In this document: in pieces, positions 8,017-16,124 of the stretch
Position numbering within the stretch: the stretch's first letter is position 1
Layout: each line of letters starts with the position of its first letter
Assembly (NCBI GenBank): GCA_041577295.1
Contig: JBFGJG010000065.1
Location: 1 to 19,994 of the forward strand
Direction: 5' to 3'
Source: Gemmatimonadales bacterium
Lineage (GTDB): Bacteria; Gemmatimonadota; Gemmatimonadetes; Gemmatimonadales; GWC2-71-9
Length of the DNA stretch: 19,994 nt
The notes under the pieces: generated by a model
Databases searched by the model: none
What the model saw: the letters and a program-made list of their open reading frames with translations, nothing else
What the model was told of the DNA's origin: nothing
Made by a program: the position numbers and the translations under genes

Positions 8017-9247
8017 TGATCTCGTCGGTATGCGCAGTTGATACGAAACACGCCTCGAAAGGAGACGGTGGCAAGAAGATGCCGTTCTGGCGGGCCGCAC
8101 GATGAAACGTCGCGAAGCGCTTCGTATCGGTCTCTTTCGCCTCTGCGAAGTTGGTCACCGGCCCGGGATGAAAGTAGACGCCCCACATCGCACCAGCATG
8201 ACCCACCGTCAGCGGAATCCCAATGGCTTCGGCGGTGCCCACGAGCGACTTCACCAGCTTCCGAGTCCGGCGTTCGAGCTTTTCATGCACCGGCTCGGTG
8301 CGAATCACATCGAGCGTGGCAACACCGGCGGTCATCGCGAGTGGATTTCCGGAGAGGGTACCTGCCTGATAAACGTCACCGGCCGGCGCCACCATTTCCA
8401 TCAGCTCCCGCGCTCCCCCGTACGCCCCAATGGGAAGCCCACCGCCGATCACTTTCCCAAGCGTCGTGAGGTCCGGCTCGACACCCGTAAGCCCCTGGGC
8501 GCCCGCGGGGTGCACGCGGAATCCCGTCATCACCTCGTCGAAGATTAGCACCGCACCCCACGCTTTCGTGATCTCTCGCAACCCCTCCAGAAACCCGGGT
8601 ATCGGGGGAACGAACCCTGCGTTCCCGAGAAACGGCTCCGCGATTACGGCGGCGATACGGTCGCCATACTGCGTGAACAGCGTCTCGATCCCGGTGATGT
8701 CGTTGAACGGCGCGGTCATGGTGAGCCGGGCTAGATCCGCCGGCACACCGGGGCTGTCTGGCAACCCAAGCGTCGCGACACCGCTTCCCGCTGCGACCAG
8801 GAAGCTGTCAGCGTGTCCGTGATATGCACCGTCGAACTTGATGATCAGATCCCGCCCTGTCGCCGCTCGGGCCAGGCGGACGGCCGCCATGGTCGCCTCG
8901 GTCCCGCTGTTTACGAAGCGCACCATGTCGATCGACGGCACCATCTCGACAATGCGCTCGGCCAGCTCGACCTCTGCCGGGCAGGTCACGCCATAGGAGG
9001 TTCCTCGCTTGACCGCCAGGGTCAGGGCCTCGCGCACGGCCGGGTAGTCGTGGCCCAAGATCAACGCGCCCCACGAAAGCACGTAGTCGATGAGGCGCTC
9101 GCCACTGGTCGTGACGAGGTGCGCGCCGTGAGCTTCCCTCACGAAGAAGGGATTCCCACCAACCGCCCGAAACGCGCGCACTGGTGAGTTGACCCCGCCG
9201 GGGAGGACAGCGAGGGCGCGACTGTAGAGCTCGTCGGTGCCGCTCAC
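7961..9247 (-). CDS. hemL: Glutamate-1-semialdehyde 2,1-aminomutase, 428 aa
   Basis: PGGVNSPVRAF, DYVLSWG, FVNSGTEATM, KFDGAYHGH, LIFDEVMTGFR, PLP lysine in TLGKVIGGGLP, YQAGTLSGNP; GTG start overlapping the rimO TGA. Confidence 0.97.
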   Translation of the reverse strand: MSGTDELYSRALAVLPGGVNSPVRAFRAVGGNPFFVREAHGAHLVTTSGERLIDYVLSWGALILGHDYPAVREALTLAVKRGTSYGVTCPAEVELAERIVEMVPSIDMVRFVNSGTEATMAAVRLARAATGRDLIIKFDGAYHGHADSFLVAAGSGVATLGLPDSPGVPADLARLTMTAPFNDITGIETLFTQYGDRIAAVIAEPFLGNAGFVPPIPGFLEGLREITKAWGAVLIFDEVMTGFRVHPAGAQGLTGVEPDLTTLGKVIGGGLPIGAYGGARELMEMVAPAGDVYQAGTLSGNPLAMTAGVATLDVIRTEPVHEKLERRTRKLVKSLVGTAEAIGIPLTVGHAGAMWGVYFHPGPVTNFAEAKETDTKRFATFHRAARQNGIFLPPSPFEACFVSTAHTDEIIEDTIERLAKALAESTRG

Positions 9248-10560
9248 CGAACGGCCATTGCCTGAAAGTCGTAGTCCCGATTCGCCTCGATCCTGGCCCG
9301 GACGAACTCGCCTGGACGCACCCAGCCCGCGTGACTGAGATACGTGACGCCGTCAACATCGTCCGCCTGCCAGGGCACACGCCCCACGTGCGTCGCTCCA
9401 TCTTCGTCCGGTTCAGCAATCCGGTCCACGAGCACGTCCGTTTCCCGCCCCACGTAACGCTGTAGGCGTTCTTCTGAGAGCGTCCGTTGCAGCTCATGGA
9501 GTTCTTCTTGCCGGGCGCGTTTCACGTCGTCGGGCACATCATCCTCATACTCCGCCGCACGCGTCCCCTCCTGGGCCGAGTACGTGAAGACACCCAGACG
9601 CTCGAATTGGATCTCCTCGGCAAAATCGCACAGCACGCGAAAGTCTTCCTCGGTCTCGCCCGGGAATCCCACGATGACGGTCGTCCGCACGGCGATGTCC
9701 GGCATCCGATCCCGCAACCACCCCATGGTGCGGCGGATCGTCTCTTGTCGCTCGGGCCGCCGCATGCGGCGCAGCATCGGATCAGACGCATGCTGCATGG
9801 GAATATCGATGTAGGGAACGATGCGCGGCTCGGACGCCATGAAGTCGACGACGCGCTCGGTGAGCCCGGCTGAGTACACGTAGAGCAGACGAAACCACGG
9901 TACCGTGGTTCCCGCGAGCAGTGCCTCCAGCAAGTCGGCAAGCTTGGGGCCCGTGCGCCCGAGATCGCGCCCGTAATGCCCCAGGTCCTGCGCCACCAGG
10001 TTGATCTCCTTGGCCCCCTGTGCCTCGAGTTGCTGCGCCTCACGTACGAGCCGCTCCAGCGGCTCGGAGCGGTGTTTACCACGCATGAGCGGAATGGCAC
10101 AGAATGCGCACGTGTGATCGCAACCTTCGGAGATCTTGAGGTAGCGCACGTGCGGGCCATCGCCAAGGTACTGCCTGACACCGGGATGATCCGCAACCGG
10201 ATCGGTGAGCAGACCGCGTTCGGCGAGAGCGGGGACGAGCTTGTGGAGATCACCAAAGCCCAGAAACAGATCGACCTCGGGAATCTCCTTGGTCAGTTCA
10301 TCACGGTATCGCTCGATGAGACACCCGACTGCGGCAACCGCTTTCACCGTTCCGCTGCTCTTCAAAGCAGCGGCCTCTAAAATGGCGTCAATCGACTCCT
10401 GCTTGGCGGCGTCGATGAAGCCACAGGTGTTGACGAGGATGACGTCCGCCGAATGCAAGTTCGGCACGACATGCGCTCCGTGACCCACGAGCTCGCCCAC
10501 GAGCCGCTCCGAGTCGACAGTCGCTTTGTCACAACCGAGGGATATGACGCCGAGCTTCAC
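9244..10560 (-). CDS. rimO: Ribosomal protein uS12 methylthiotransferase (radical SAM), about 438 aa
   Basis: UPF0004 domain SLGCDKATVDSE...NTCGFIDAAKQESI...GCL, radical SAM motif YLKISEGCDHTCAFCAIP, IVGFPGETEEDF, C-terminal TRAM-like domain. Start moved to in-frame GTG 10560; the track extension translates the repeat spacer. Confidence 0.95.
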   Translation of the reverse strand: MKLGVISLGCDKATVDSERLVGELVGHGAHVVPNLHSADVILVNTCGFIDAAKQESIDAILEAAALKSSGTVKAVAAVGCLIERYRDELTKEIPEVDLFLGFGDLHKLVPALAERGLLTDPVADHPGVRQYLGDGPHVRYLKISEGCDHTCAFCAIPLMRGKHRSEPLERLVREAQQLEAQGAKEINLVAQDLGHYGRDLGRTGPKLADLLEALLAGTTVPWFRLLYVYSAGLTERVVDFMASEPRIVPYIDIPMQHASDPMLRRMRRPERQETIRRTMGWLRDRMPDIAVRTTVIVGFPGETEEDFRVLCDFAEEIQFERLGVFTYSAQEGTRAAEYEDDVPDDVKRARQEELHELQRTLSEERLQRYVGRETDVLVDRIAEPDEDGATHVGRVPWQADDVDGVTYLSHAGWVRPGEFVRARIEANRDYDFQAMAVR

Positions 10561-10567
10561 GTGGCGG

Positions 10568-10573
10568 AATATA
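10568..10573 (-). promoter_or_regulatory. Putative sigma70 -10 hexamer (TATATT), 7 nt before the rimO GTG
   Basis: Minus strand reads CCGCT-TATATT-CCGCCAC-GTG. It is an AT island in GC-rich DNA with no Shine-Dalgarno before the start. Confidence 0.5.
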
Positions 10574-10576
10574 AGC

Positions 10577-10604
10577 GGGTGGAGGGTGGAGGGAGGAGGG
10601 AGTA
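10577..10604. repeat. Heptamer tandem array GGG(T/A)G(G/T)A x4
   Basis: gggtgga gggtgga gggagga gggagta. Confidence 0.85.
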
Positions 10605-10615
10605 GGATGCCCCGC

Positions 10616-10654
10616 AAAAAGAAAAGCTCCGATGCTCGCTAGCGACATCGGAGT
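10616..10654 (-). terminator. Rho-independent terminator downstream of the sigma factor gene
   Basis: Stem CTCCGATG/CATCGGAG (10627-10653) with inner TCGC/GCGA pairing, followed on the minus strand by TTTTCTTTTT. Confidence 0.85.
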
Positions 10655-10671
10655 TCACTTGCCAATCGAAC

Positions 10672-10706
10672 TCCCTCTCCCTCTTCCCTCCCCCCCTCCT
10701 CCCTCA
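10672..10706. repeat. Pyrimidine array of about 7-nt TCCCTC(N) units, complementary to the 10577-10604 array
   Basis: tccctc tccctct tccctcc ccccctcc tccctca; the last unit holds the sigma factor stop codon (tca 10704-10706). Confidence 0.8.
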
Positions 10707-11561
10707 GGTCAGAAAGCTCTCCAGCGCCCTGGCGCGGCTGGCATGCCTGAGACGGGCCAACGCCTTTTCCTTGATTTGCCTGACGCGCTCCCGGGTAATG
10801 CCCATCATGCTACCGATCTCTTCGAGCGTCATGGGCTCCTGACCGTCCAGACCAAAATAGAGCCTCAGGATCTTGGCTTCCCGCTCCTTCAGTGTGCCCA
10901 ACACCTCTTCCACCGACTCGCTCAACGCCCGCTCAAACGTTTCATCATCCGGGCCAGGGTTCTGGGTGTCAGGAAGGTAGTCGAGCAGCTTGTTGTCTTC
11001 GCCGGGGGTCAGTGGCGCGTCGAGGGAGAGGTGGCTCTGCGAGATCGACAGGGTTTTGGCAACTTCATCTTCCGAGATGTCCATCCCCTCTGCGATCTCT
11101 TCCACGGTGGGTTCCCTGCCGAGCTCTTGCTGTAGCGCCGATGAGCGTTTGCCGATCCGGTGTAAGGTGCCAGCGCGATTGAGCGGTACGCGCACGATGC
11201 GGCTCTGCTCCGCCAGGGCTTGTAGAATGGCCTGACGAATCCACCAGACCGCGTAGGAGATGAACTTGATTCCCTTGGTCTCATCAAACTTGTGGGCCGC
11301 ACGTATCAGCCCGAGGTTCCCCTCGTTGATGAGATCCGACAGGCTTACACCCTGATTTTGGTACTTTTTTGCCACCGAAACGACAAAACGCAAGTTGCTC
11401 CGCACGAGCTTGTCCAACGAGTCCTGACACCCTTGCTTGATTTGCTTCGCAAGGTCGACTTCGTCGTCTCGTGTGATCAAGGGGTACTGACTGATCTCCC
11501 GTAAGTACTGATCGAGGGAGCCTTCGTCGACTGACGTTCTCTTGGAAGGTCGGGTTTGCAT
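10704..11561 (-). CDS. rpoD: RNA polymerase sigma factor, RpoD/SigA family, lacking region 1.1, about 285 aa
   Basis: Region 1.2 SLDQYLREISQYPLIT, region 2 LVRSNLRFVVSVAKKY...DLINEGNLGL...KFISYAVWWIRQAI, region 3 ELGREPT, region 4 TLEEIG...TRERVRQIKEKAL. Start set at ATG 11561 (G-rich upstream). Whether it is the primary sigma cannot be seen here. Confidence 0.9.
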   Translation of the reverse strand: MQTRPSKRTSVDEGSLDQYLREISQYPLITRDDEVDLAKQIKQGCQDSLDKLVRSNLRFVVSVAKKYQNQGVSLSDLINEGNLGLIRAAHKFDETKGIKFISYAVWWIRQAILQALAEQSRIVRVPLNRAGTLHRIGKRSSALQQELGREPTVEEIAEGMDISEDEVAKTLSISQSHLSLDAPLTPGEDNKLLDYLPDTQNPGPDDETFERALSESVEEVLGTLKEREAKILRLYFGLDGQEPMTLEEIGSMMGITRERVRQIKEKALARLRHASRARALESFLT

Positions 11562-11607
11562 CCCGTCTCGTCCCCCCGGCAAGCGCCGCACGCTGGTATG
11601 ATTTACC

Positions 11608-11886
11608 TTAGCTGGCCCTGAGCAAGGGCGCAACTGTCACCGTCCACCCTCTTCCCGCCGCCCACGGTTTGAGTGCTAACAACAGCTCCCGCGCGGCACA
11701 CTCGTGTTCTAACGTCAACGCCACGCACGATGCCAGCTCGCCTCGTGCAAACTCCGCGCGGATCACTCGACCACGCGGAATGTCCCGCAGCGCGGCAGCA
11801 TCCAGCTGTGCGCCACCAGCGCTGAGTATAACCGCGATCGAAGCATTCGCCGTCGCCATGCGCAAGGATACGCGCGCGACGTGCAC
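11608..11886 (-). CDS. Hypothetical protein, 92 aa
   Basis: Fills the gap between the aldehyde dehydrogenase and sigma genes in the same orientation. Protein-like alpha/beta composition compared with the overlapping alternative frames; GTG start. Confidence 0.65.
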   Translation of the reverse strand: MHVARVSLRMATANASIAVILSAGGAQLDAAALRDIPRGRVIRAEFARGELASCVALTLEHECAARELLLALKPWAAGRGWTVTVAPLLRAS

Positions 11887-11929
11887 CCGTCGTTACCACG
11901 GCTACGCACTCGGCAATCAGAAAAATGCC

Positions 11930-11987
11930 GGTGGAGGGTGGTTGGTGAGGAAGAACCCCTCTTTCCCCTTTCCCCTCTGTACCCTCT
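11930..11987. repeat. Degenerate opposed heptamer arrays (GGTG(G/A)NN x3, then CCCCT-based units)
   Basis: ggtggag ggtggtt ggtgagg (11930-11950), then cccctct ttcccct ttcccct ctgta ccctct (11956-11987), directly behind the aldehyde dehydrogenase stop. Confidence 0.6.
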
Positions 11988-11989
11988 AG

Positions 11990-13480
11990 TCAATCATACG
12001 TATCGATCTGCGCCCGTTGCAGCTTGCCAGAGTAATCGACGTAGATCACCTTGGTCTCGGTGTAGAAATCGTAGACCTCCCAACCGCCCTCGCGGTGCCC
12101 ATTGCCCGTCTGCTTGACACCACCAAACGGAAGGTGCGCCTCTGCACCGATGGTCGGCGCATTCACGTAGCTGATGCCGTTGTCGAGATCCGCCATCGCT
12201 CGGAAAGCGCCCTCGAGGTCACGCGTGTACAGGCTGCTGGATAGCCCGTACTTGACGTCGTTATTCACCGTGATGGCCTCGTCGAGATCCTTGACGCGGA
12301 TCACGCTCAAGACAGGGCCAAAGATCTCCTCCTGCTCGAGTCGAGAGCCGGGCTTGACACCAGTGAAGACCGTCGGCTCGAAGAACACACCATCCGCCAG
12401 CGGACCGTCGCATGCAGACGCTCCCCCAATTTCGAGCTTAGCACGCTCCCGACGGCCAATCTCAACGTAGGACTCGACCTTTTTTCGGGCAGCCTCGTGA
12501 ATGAGTGGGCCGACGTCAGTCCCATCGACGAACCCATCGCCGAGCCTCAGTCGCTCGGCGGCATCACAAACCATTTGCGTCAATCGGTCATGCACTTTCT
12601 CGTGCACGATCAGCCGCGAGGTGGCCGTGCACCGTTGCCCAGTGGTCCCGAACGCGCCCCAGAGCACTCCTTCGAGCGCCAACTCCAGGTCGGCGTCAGG
12701 CATCACGATCTGGGCGTTCTTTCCACCCATCTCGAGCGACAGACGCTTGTGCAGCCGTCCGCAGGTTTGGCCGATGATCGATCCGGTCTCGGTCGAACCG
12801 GTGAAGGAGACGAGCGGAACGCCGGAATGCTCGACGATCGCCTTGCCCACTACTTCGCCGCGCCCGTGAACCAGCTGGATCACCTCTGGGGGAAGGCCAG
12901 CTTCTAGCAGTGTCTCCACGAAGATGCTCGCCGTGTGCGGCACGTCTTCGGCCGGCTTGAACACCACCGCGTTACCACACACCAGCGCGGGAAAGATCTT
13001 CCACGTGGGAATGGCCAGTGGGAAATTGAATGGCGTGATGATGCCTGCGACCCCTATTGGACGTCGATAGGTCATTGCCCACTTACTCTTCAGCTCGGAC
13101 GGCACCGTGTGGCCAAACAGCCGCCGGCCTTCGGTGGCTGCGTAGTAGGCGGTATCGATCCCCTCCTGTACATCACCCCGCGTCTCCGCCAGCACTTTTC
13201 CCATCTCCCGCGTCATCGCACGGGCAATCTCTTCCTTGCGCGCGGAAAGGAGATCTCCAGTTCGGCGCATCACATCGCCGCGAAGCGGCGCAGGGGTGCG
13301 TGACCAGATTTCGAACCCACGCCGTGCGGCTTTCACCGCCCGGTCGACGTCGTCGGCACCGGACTGCGGGAACCGCCCAATCACCTCGCGCCAACGCGCG
13401 GGATTGTGATTGTCGAAGTACTCGCCCGTCCGCGGCTCCACCCACTCCCCCGCAATGAAGTTCTTGAAAGTCTCAGTCAT
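11990..13480 (-). CDS. NAD(P)-dependent aldehyde dehydrogenase, 496 aa
   Basis: ITPFNFP, FKPAE, SFTGSTETG, catalytic Glu in LEMGGKN, catalytic Cys in GQRCTA, EEIFGPV, YGLS, PFGGVKQTGNG. Confidence 0.96.
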   Translation of the reverse strand: MTETFKNFIAGEWVEPRTGEYFDNHNPARWREVIGRFPQSGADDVDRAVKAARRGFEIWSRTPAPLRGDVMRRTGDLLSARKEEIARAMTREMGKVLAETRGDVQEGIDTAYYAATEGRRLFGHTVPSELKSKWAMTYRRPIGVAGIITPFNFPLAIPTWKIFPALVCGNAVVFKPAEDVPHTASIFVETLLEAGLPPEVIQLVHGRGEVVGKAIVEHSGVPLVSFTGSTETGSIIGQTCGRLHKRLSLEMGGKNAQIVMPDADLELALEGVLWGAFGTTGQRCTATSRLIVHEKVHDRLTQMVCDAAERLRLGDGFVDGTDVGPLIHEAARKKVESYVEIGRRERAKLEIGGASACDGPLADGVFFEPTVFTGVKPGSRLEQEEIFGPVLSVIRVKDLDEAITVNNDVKYGLSSSLYTRDLEGAFRAMADLDNGISYVNAPTIGAEAHLPFGGVKQTGNGHREGGWEVYDFYTETKVIYVDYSGKLQRAQIDTYD

Positions 13481-13531
13481 GGTAGATCTCTTTGTCCCTT
13501 CCGTCCCTCGTACTACTCTCCCCTCGAGTTT

Positions 13532-14887
13532 CTATTTCCGCGCTAATCCGTATTTCTCGATCTTCTTATACAAGTTACTCCGCGGCATCGACAGCTTGCG
13601 CGCGGTCTCGCTGATGTTCCATTCGTTTTCTTCCAGCTTTGCCTGCAAGAAAGTACGCTCGGCCGCCTGCTTGAACGACTCGAACGTCTCGCAGTGAATC
13701 AGATCGCCCACTGCCGACTCCGCGGGCTCGGCCGTCAATCGTTCCACGTCTTCGGCAGTCACGCGATCTCCCGCGGACAAAATGAGCACACGCTCGACCG
13801 TGTTGCGCAGTTCCCGTACGTTGCCGGCCCAGTCTCGCTCCGCGAGGCTCGCGAGGGCGTCGTCGTCGAAGCCTTTGGGACGGACACCGCCGTTCCGCGC
13901 GAGATCCCCTACGAACTTCTCGATCAGCAGGGGAATATCTTCACGCCGGCTGCGCAGGGGCGGCACCTCGATGGGCACGACATTGAGTCGGTAAAAGAGG
14001 TCCTCTCGGAACCGTCCGGCTGCGATCTCTTCCTTCACATCCTTGTTGGTGGCGGCGATCACGCGCACGTCCACCGCGATCGCCTTGGAGGCGCCGATGC
14101 GCGTGACGACTCCTTCCTCCAGCGCGCGGAGCACCTTCGCCTGTGCCGCCAGGCTCATGTCACCCACTTCGTCGAGAAACAACGTCCCGCCGTCAGCCTG
14201 TTCGAACTTTCCCGAACGATCGGCAAACGCCCCGGTGAACGACCCTTTCATGTGACCAAAGAGCTCGCTCTCGATCAGCTCACCCGGAATGGCCGCACAG
14301 TTCACCTCCACGAACGCTTTATGAGCCCTCGTGGACTTTCGATGGATTGCGCGGGCGACCAGCTCCTTGCCGCTGCCATTTTCACCGGTGATGAGCACGC
14401 GGGCCGGGGTGGGTGCGACCTTGTCGATCACCTCCAGCAGCTTACGAATCGCCGTGCTCTTCCCTACGATCTCGTATCGGTCGGCCACGACCGTCCGGAG
14501 CTGCTCGTTCTCGGATTCGAGGTCGAGATGGGAGAAAACATTGCGGAGGGTGAGCAGCACGCGATCCGTATCGAGCGGCTTCTCGAGAAAATCGAACGCG
14601 CCGAGCTGAGTCGCTTCGACCGCTGTCTGAATCGTGCCGTGGCCGGAGATCATGACTACGCGCGCCCGAGGATCCAGATCACGGATCTCCGCTAGCGTCT
14701 GGAGGCCGTCCATGCCGGCCATCTTCACGTCGAGGAATACGAGATGGGGATGAAAGTCGGCGTAGGTCGTGAGGGCGTCTGGTCCCGAGTCGACCGTCTG
14801 TACATCGATCCCCTCGTATTCGAGGAGTTGTGACATGGCGTCTCGCACGCCCTTCTCGTCATCGACTACCAAAACACGCCTGGCCAT
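13532..14887 (-). CDS. Sigma54-dependent response regulator (REC-AAA+-Fis HTH), NtrX/NtrC-like, about 451 aa
   Basis: REC VLVVDDE...FLDVKM...MISGHG...FLEKP; Walker [24 protein letters not shown]; Walker [44 protein letters not shown]...[11 protein letters not shown] 14887 overlaps the upstream TAA (TAATG). Confidence 0.95.
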   Translation of the reverse strand: MARRVLVVDDEKGVRDAMSQLLEYEGIDVQTVDSGPDALTTYADFHPHLVFLDVKMAGMDGLQTLAEIRDLDPRARVVMISGHGTIQTAVEATQLGAFDFLEKPLDTDRVLLTLRNVFSHLDLESENEQLRTVVADRYEIVGKSTAIRKLLEVIDKVAPTPARVLITGENGSGKELVARAIHRKSTRAHKAFVEVNCAAIPGELIESELFGHMKGSFTGAFADRSGKFEQADGGTLFLDEVGDMSLAAQAKVLRALEEGVVTRIGASKAIAVDVRVIAATNKDVKEEIAAGRFREDLFYRLNVVPIEVPPLRSRREDIPLLIEKFVGDLARNGGVRPKGFDDDALASLAERDWAGNVRELRNTVERVLILSAGDRVTAEDVERLTAEPAESAVGDLIHCETFESFKQAAERTFLQAKLEENEWNISETARKLSMPRSNLYKKIEKYGLARK

Positions 14888-15561
14888 TATTGCACCCACC
14901 GATAGAACGTGACGCCGTCTGGGCGAACCCGGATGTCACCCACCGTCGCGGGTACCGCAATATGAAAGGATCCGTCCTTCCCCCCCGTGATCTGATTGAT
15001 GAGACCGGGTATGGCCATGCCCGGGAGTGGCAACCCCCGCACTGCGAACTCCTCCGGGCGCCATCGCACGCTTCCGGCCTGATACACGCGCGCGGGTCCA
15101 GCGGCGCGAACGCTCTCCCGCGGTCCCAGCAACGAGCTCATCGGACCCAAGGCCCCGCCGAGCTGTTGTGTCACCAGTTGCGCCTCGATGACGAGGCGAT
15201 CCTGCTCCAGCACGACCTTGACGGAATCGAGCGCCTCCCGTGCCCGGTCATCCAGACGGGACTCGATGAGCGCGGCCATCTCATCCGCGGTGAGCACGAC
15301 GTACGCCGGTCCGTCGCGACGGGCGATGCGCGCTTCCTTGCGCTCGGCCCGTCGAAGCGAACGCGCGGTTGGCCGTCCTTCCGATGGCGCGTCCGCCGCC
15401 GGCCCCTCCTCGGGCGCCTCGCTGCTGATCCGCGGCTCGACGTGCGTTCGGTACAACTCGGTCAGCCCGTCGCGCAGGGTCCACGCGAGGGCCGCTGCCA
15501 CCACGACGATGATCAAACAACCGGCGACCGCGATGAGCCGCTGAACACATCCTGAGATCAT
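14887..15561 (-). CDS. Hypothetical membrane-anchored protein, 224 aa
   Basis: One N-terminal hydrophobic helix (LIAVAGCLIIVVVAAALAW), a Pro/Glu linker, then a beta-rich domain. Overlaps both neighbours (ATGA upstream, TAATG downstream). Confidence 0.85.
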   Translation of the reverse strand: MISGCVQRLIAVAGCLIIVVVAAALAWTLRDGLTELYRTHVEPRISSEAPEEGPAADAPSEGRPTARSLRRAERKEARIARRDGPAYVVLTADEMAALIESRLDDRAREALDSVKVVLEQDRLVIEAQLVTQQLGGALGPMSSLLGPRESVRAAGPARVYQAGSVRWRPEEFAVRGLPLPGMAIPGLINQITGGKDGSFHIAVPATVGDIRVRPDGVTFYRWVQ

Positions 15562-16118
15562 TGGCGCAGCTCAGCACGGTGCCGCACCGTGTAGCGCGCA
15601 CCATCCCGTCGAAGCTCACTCTGCATGAGATCGACCGACTCGACGAGCGCGACCGCGTCATAGTGCAGTCCTTCGATCGTCTCGGCGAGGCCCTCGAAGT
15701 CGCGTGCACGAGCCTCCTTGTGGGCCCGGCCCAGTGTAACATGCGGTCGGAACGGCCTGCCTTCCACCTCGAATCCCAACTTGGTCATCTGCTGCTCCAA
15801 ACGGTGCTGTAGCAACTCGAGCGGCACCACACCCTCGCATCCCACCCAGACCACACGGGGGCGTTTGAGCGAGGGAAACGCGCCGAAGCCGGAAACGGTG
15901 ATCGTAAAGGGCTTGGTACCGTCTGCGGCAGCCCGAACGCCATCGACAATTGCCGGTTCCCGGGACGGAGAGACTTCACCGAGGAATTTGAGTGTCAGGT
16001 GTAACGACTCCTGAGAAACCCAACGGACCGGAAACGGCCCGTCGCGTAGCACGTTGGTCACATTCCAGATGTCCGAACGAATGGCTTCGGGAAAGTTGAT
16101 GGCGACGAACGCGCGCAT
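15558..16118 (-). CDS. thpR: RNA 2',3'-cyclic phosphodiesterase (2H phosphoesterase, LigT-like), 186 aa
   Basis: MRAFVAI N-terminus, two HxT motifs (LHLTLKFLG and FRPHVTLGR), GAFP...PRVVWVG, LMQSEL...GARY. Confidence 0.95.
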   Translation of the reverse strand: MRAFVAINFPEAIRSDIWNVTNVLRDGPFPVRWVSQESLHLTLKFLGEVSPSREPAIVDGVRAAADGTKPFTITVSGFGAFPSLKRPRVVWVGCEGVVPLELLQHRLEQQMTKLGFEVEGRPFRPHVTLGRAHKEARARDFEGLAETIEGLHYDAVALVESVDLMQSELRRDGARYTVRHRAELRQ

Positions 16119-16124
16119 CGATGG

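Noticed and set aside
10577..10706. Repeat arrays read as a CRISPR array or IS/MITE ends
   Set aside because: Units are 7 nt and contiguous with no spacers. No cas or transposase gene, no clear target-site duplication, and units differ between loci.
11911..11930. CGGCA/TGCCG inverted repeat
   Set aside because: Only a 5-bp stem with a 10-nt loop; expected by chance.
13481..13531. Pyrimidine-rich spacer with GTCCCT twice, as a fifth array
   Set aside because: Only two copies 9 nt apart and no clear period 7; adequately explained as the purine-rich ribosome-binding region of the dehydrogenase.
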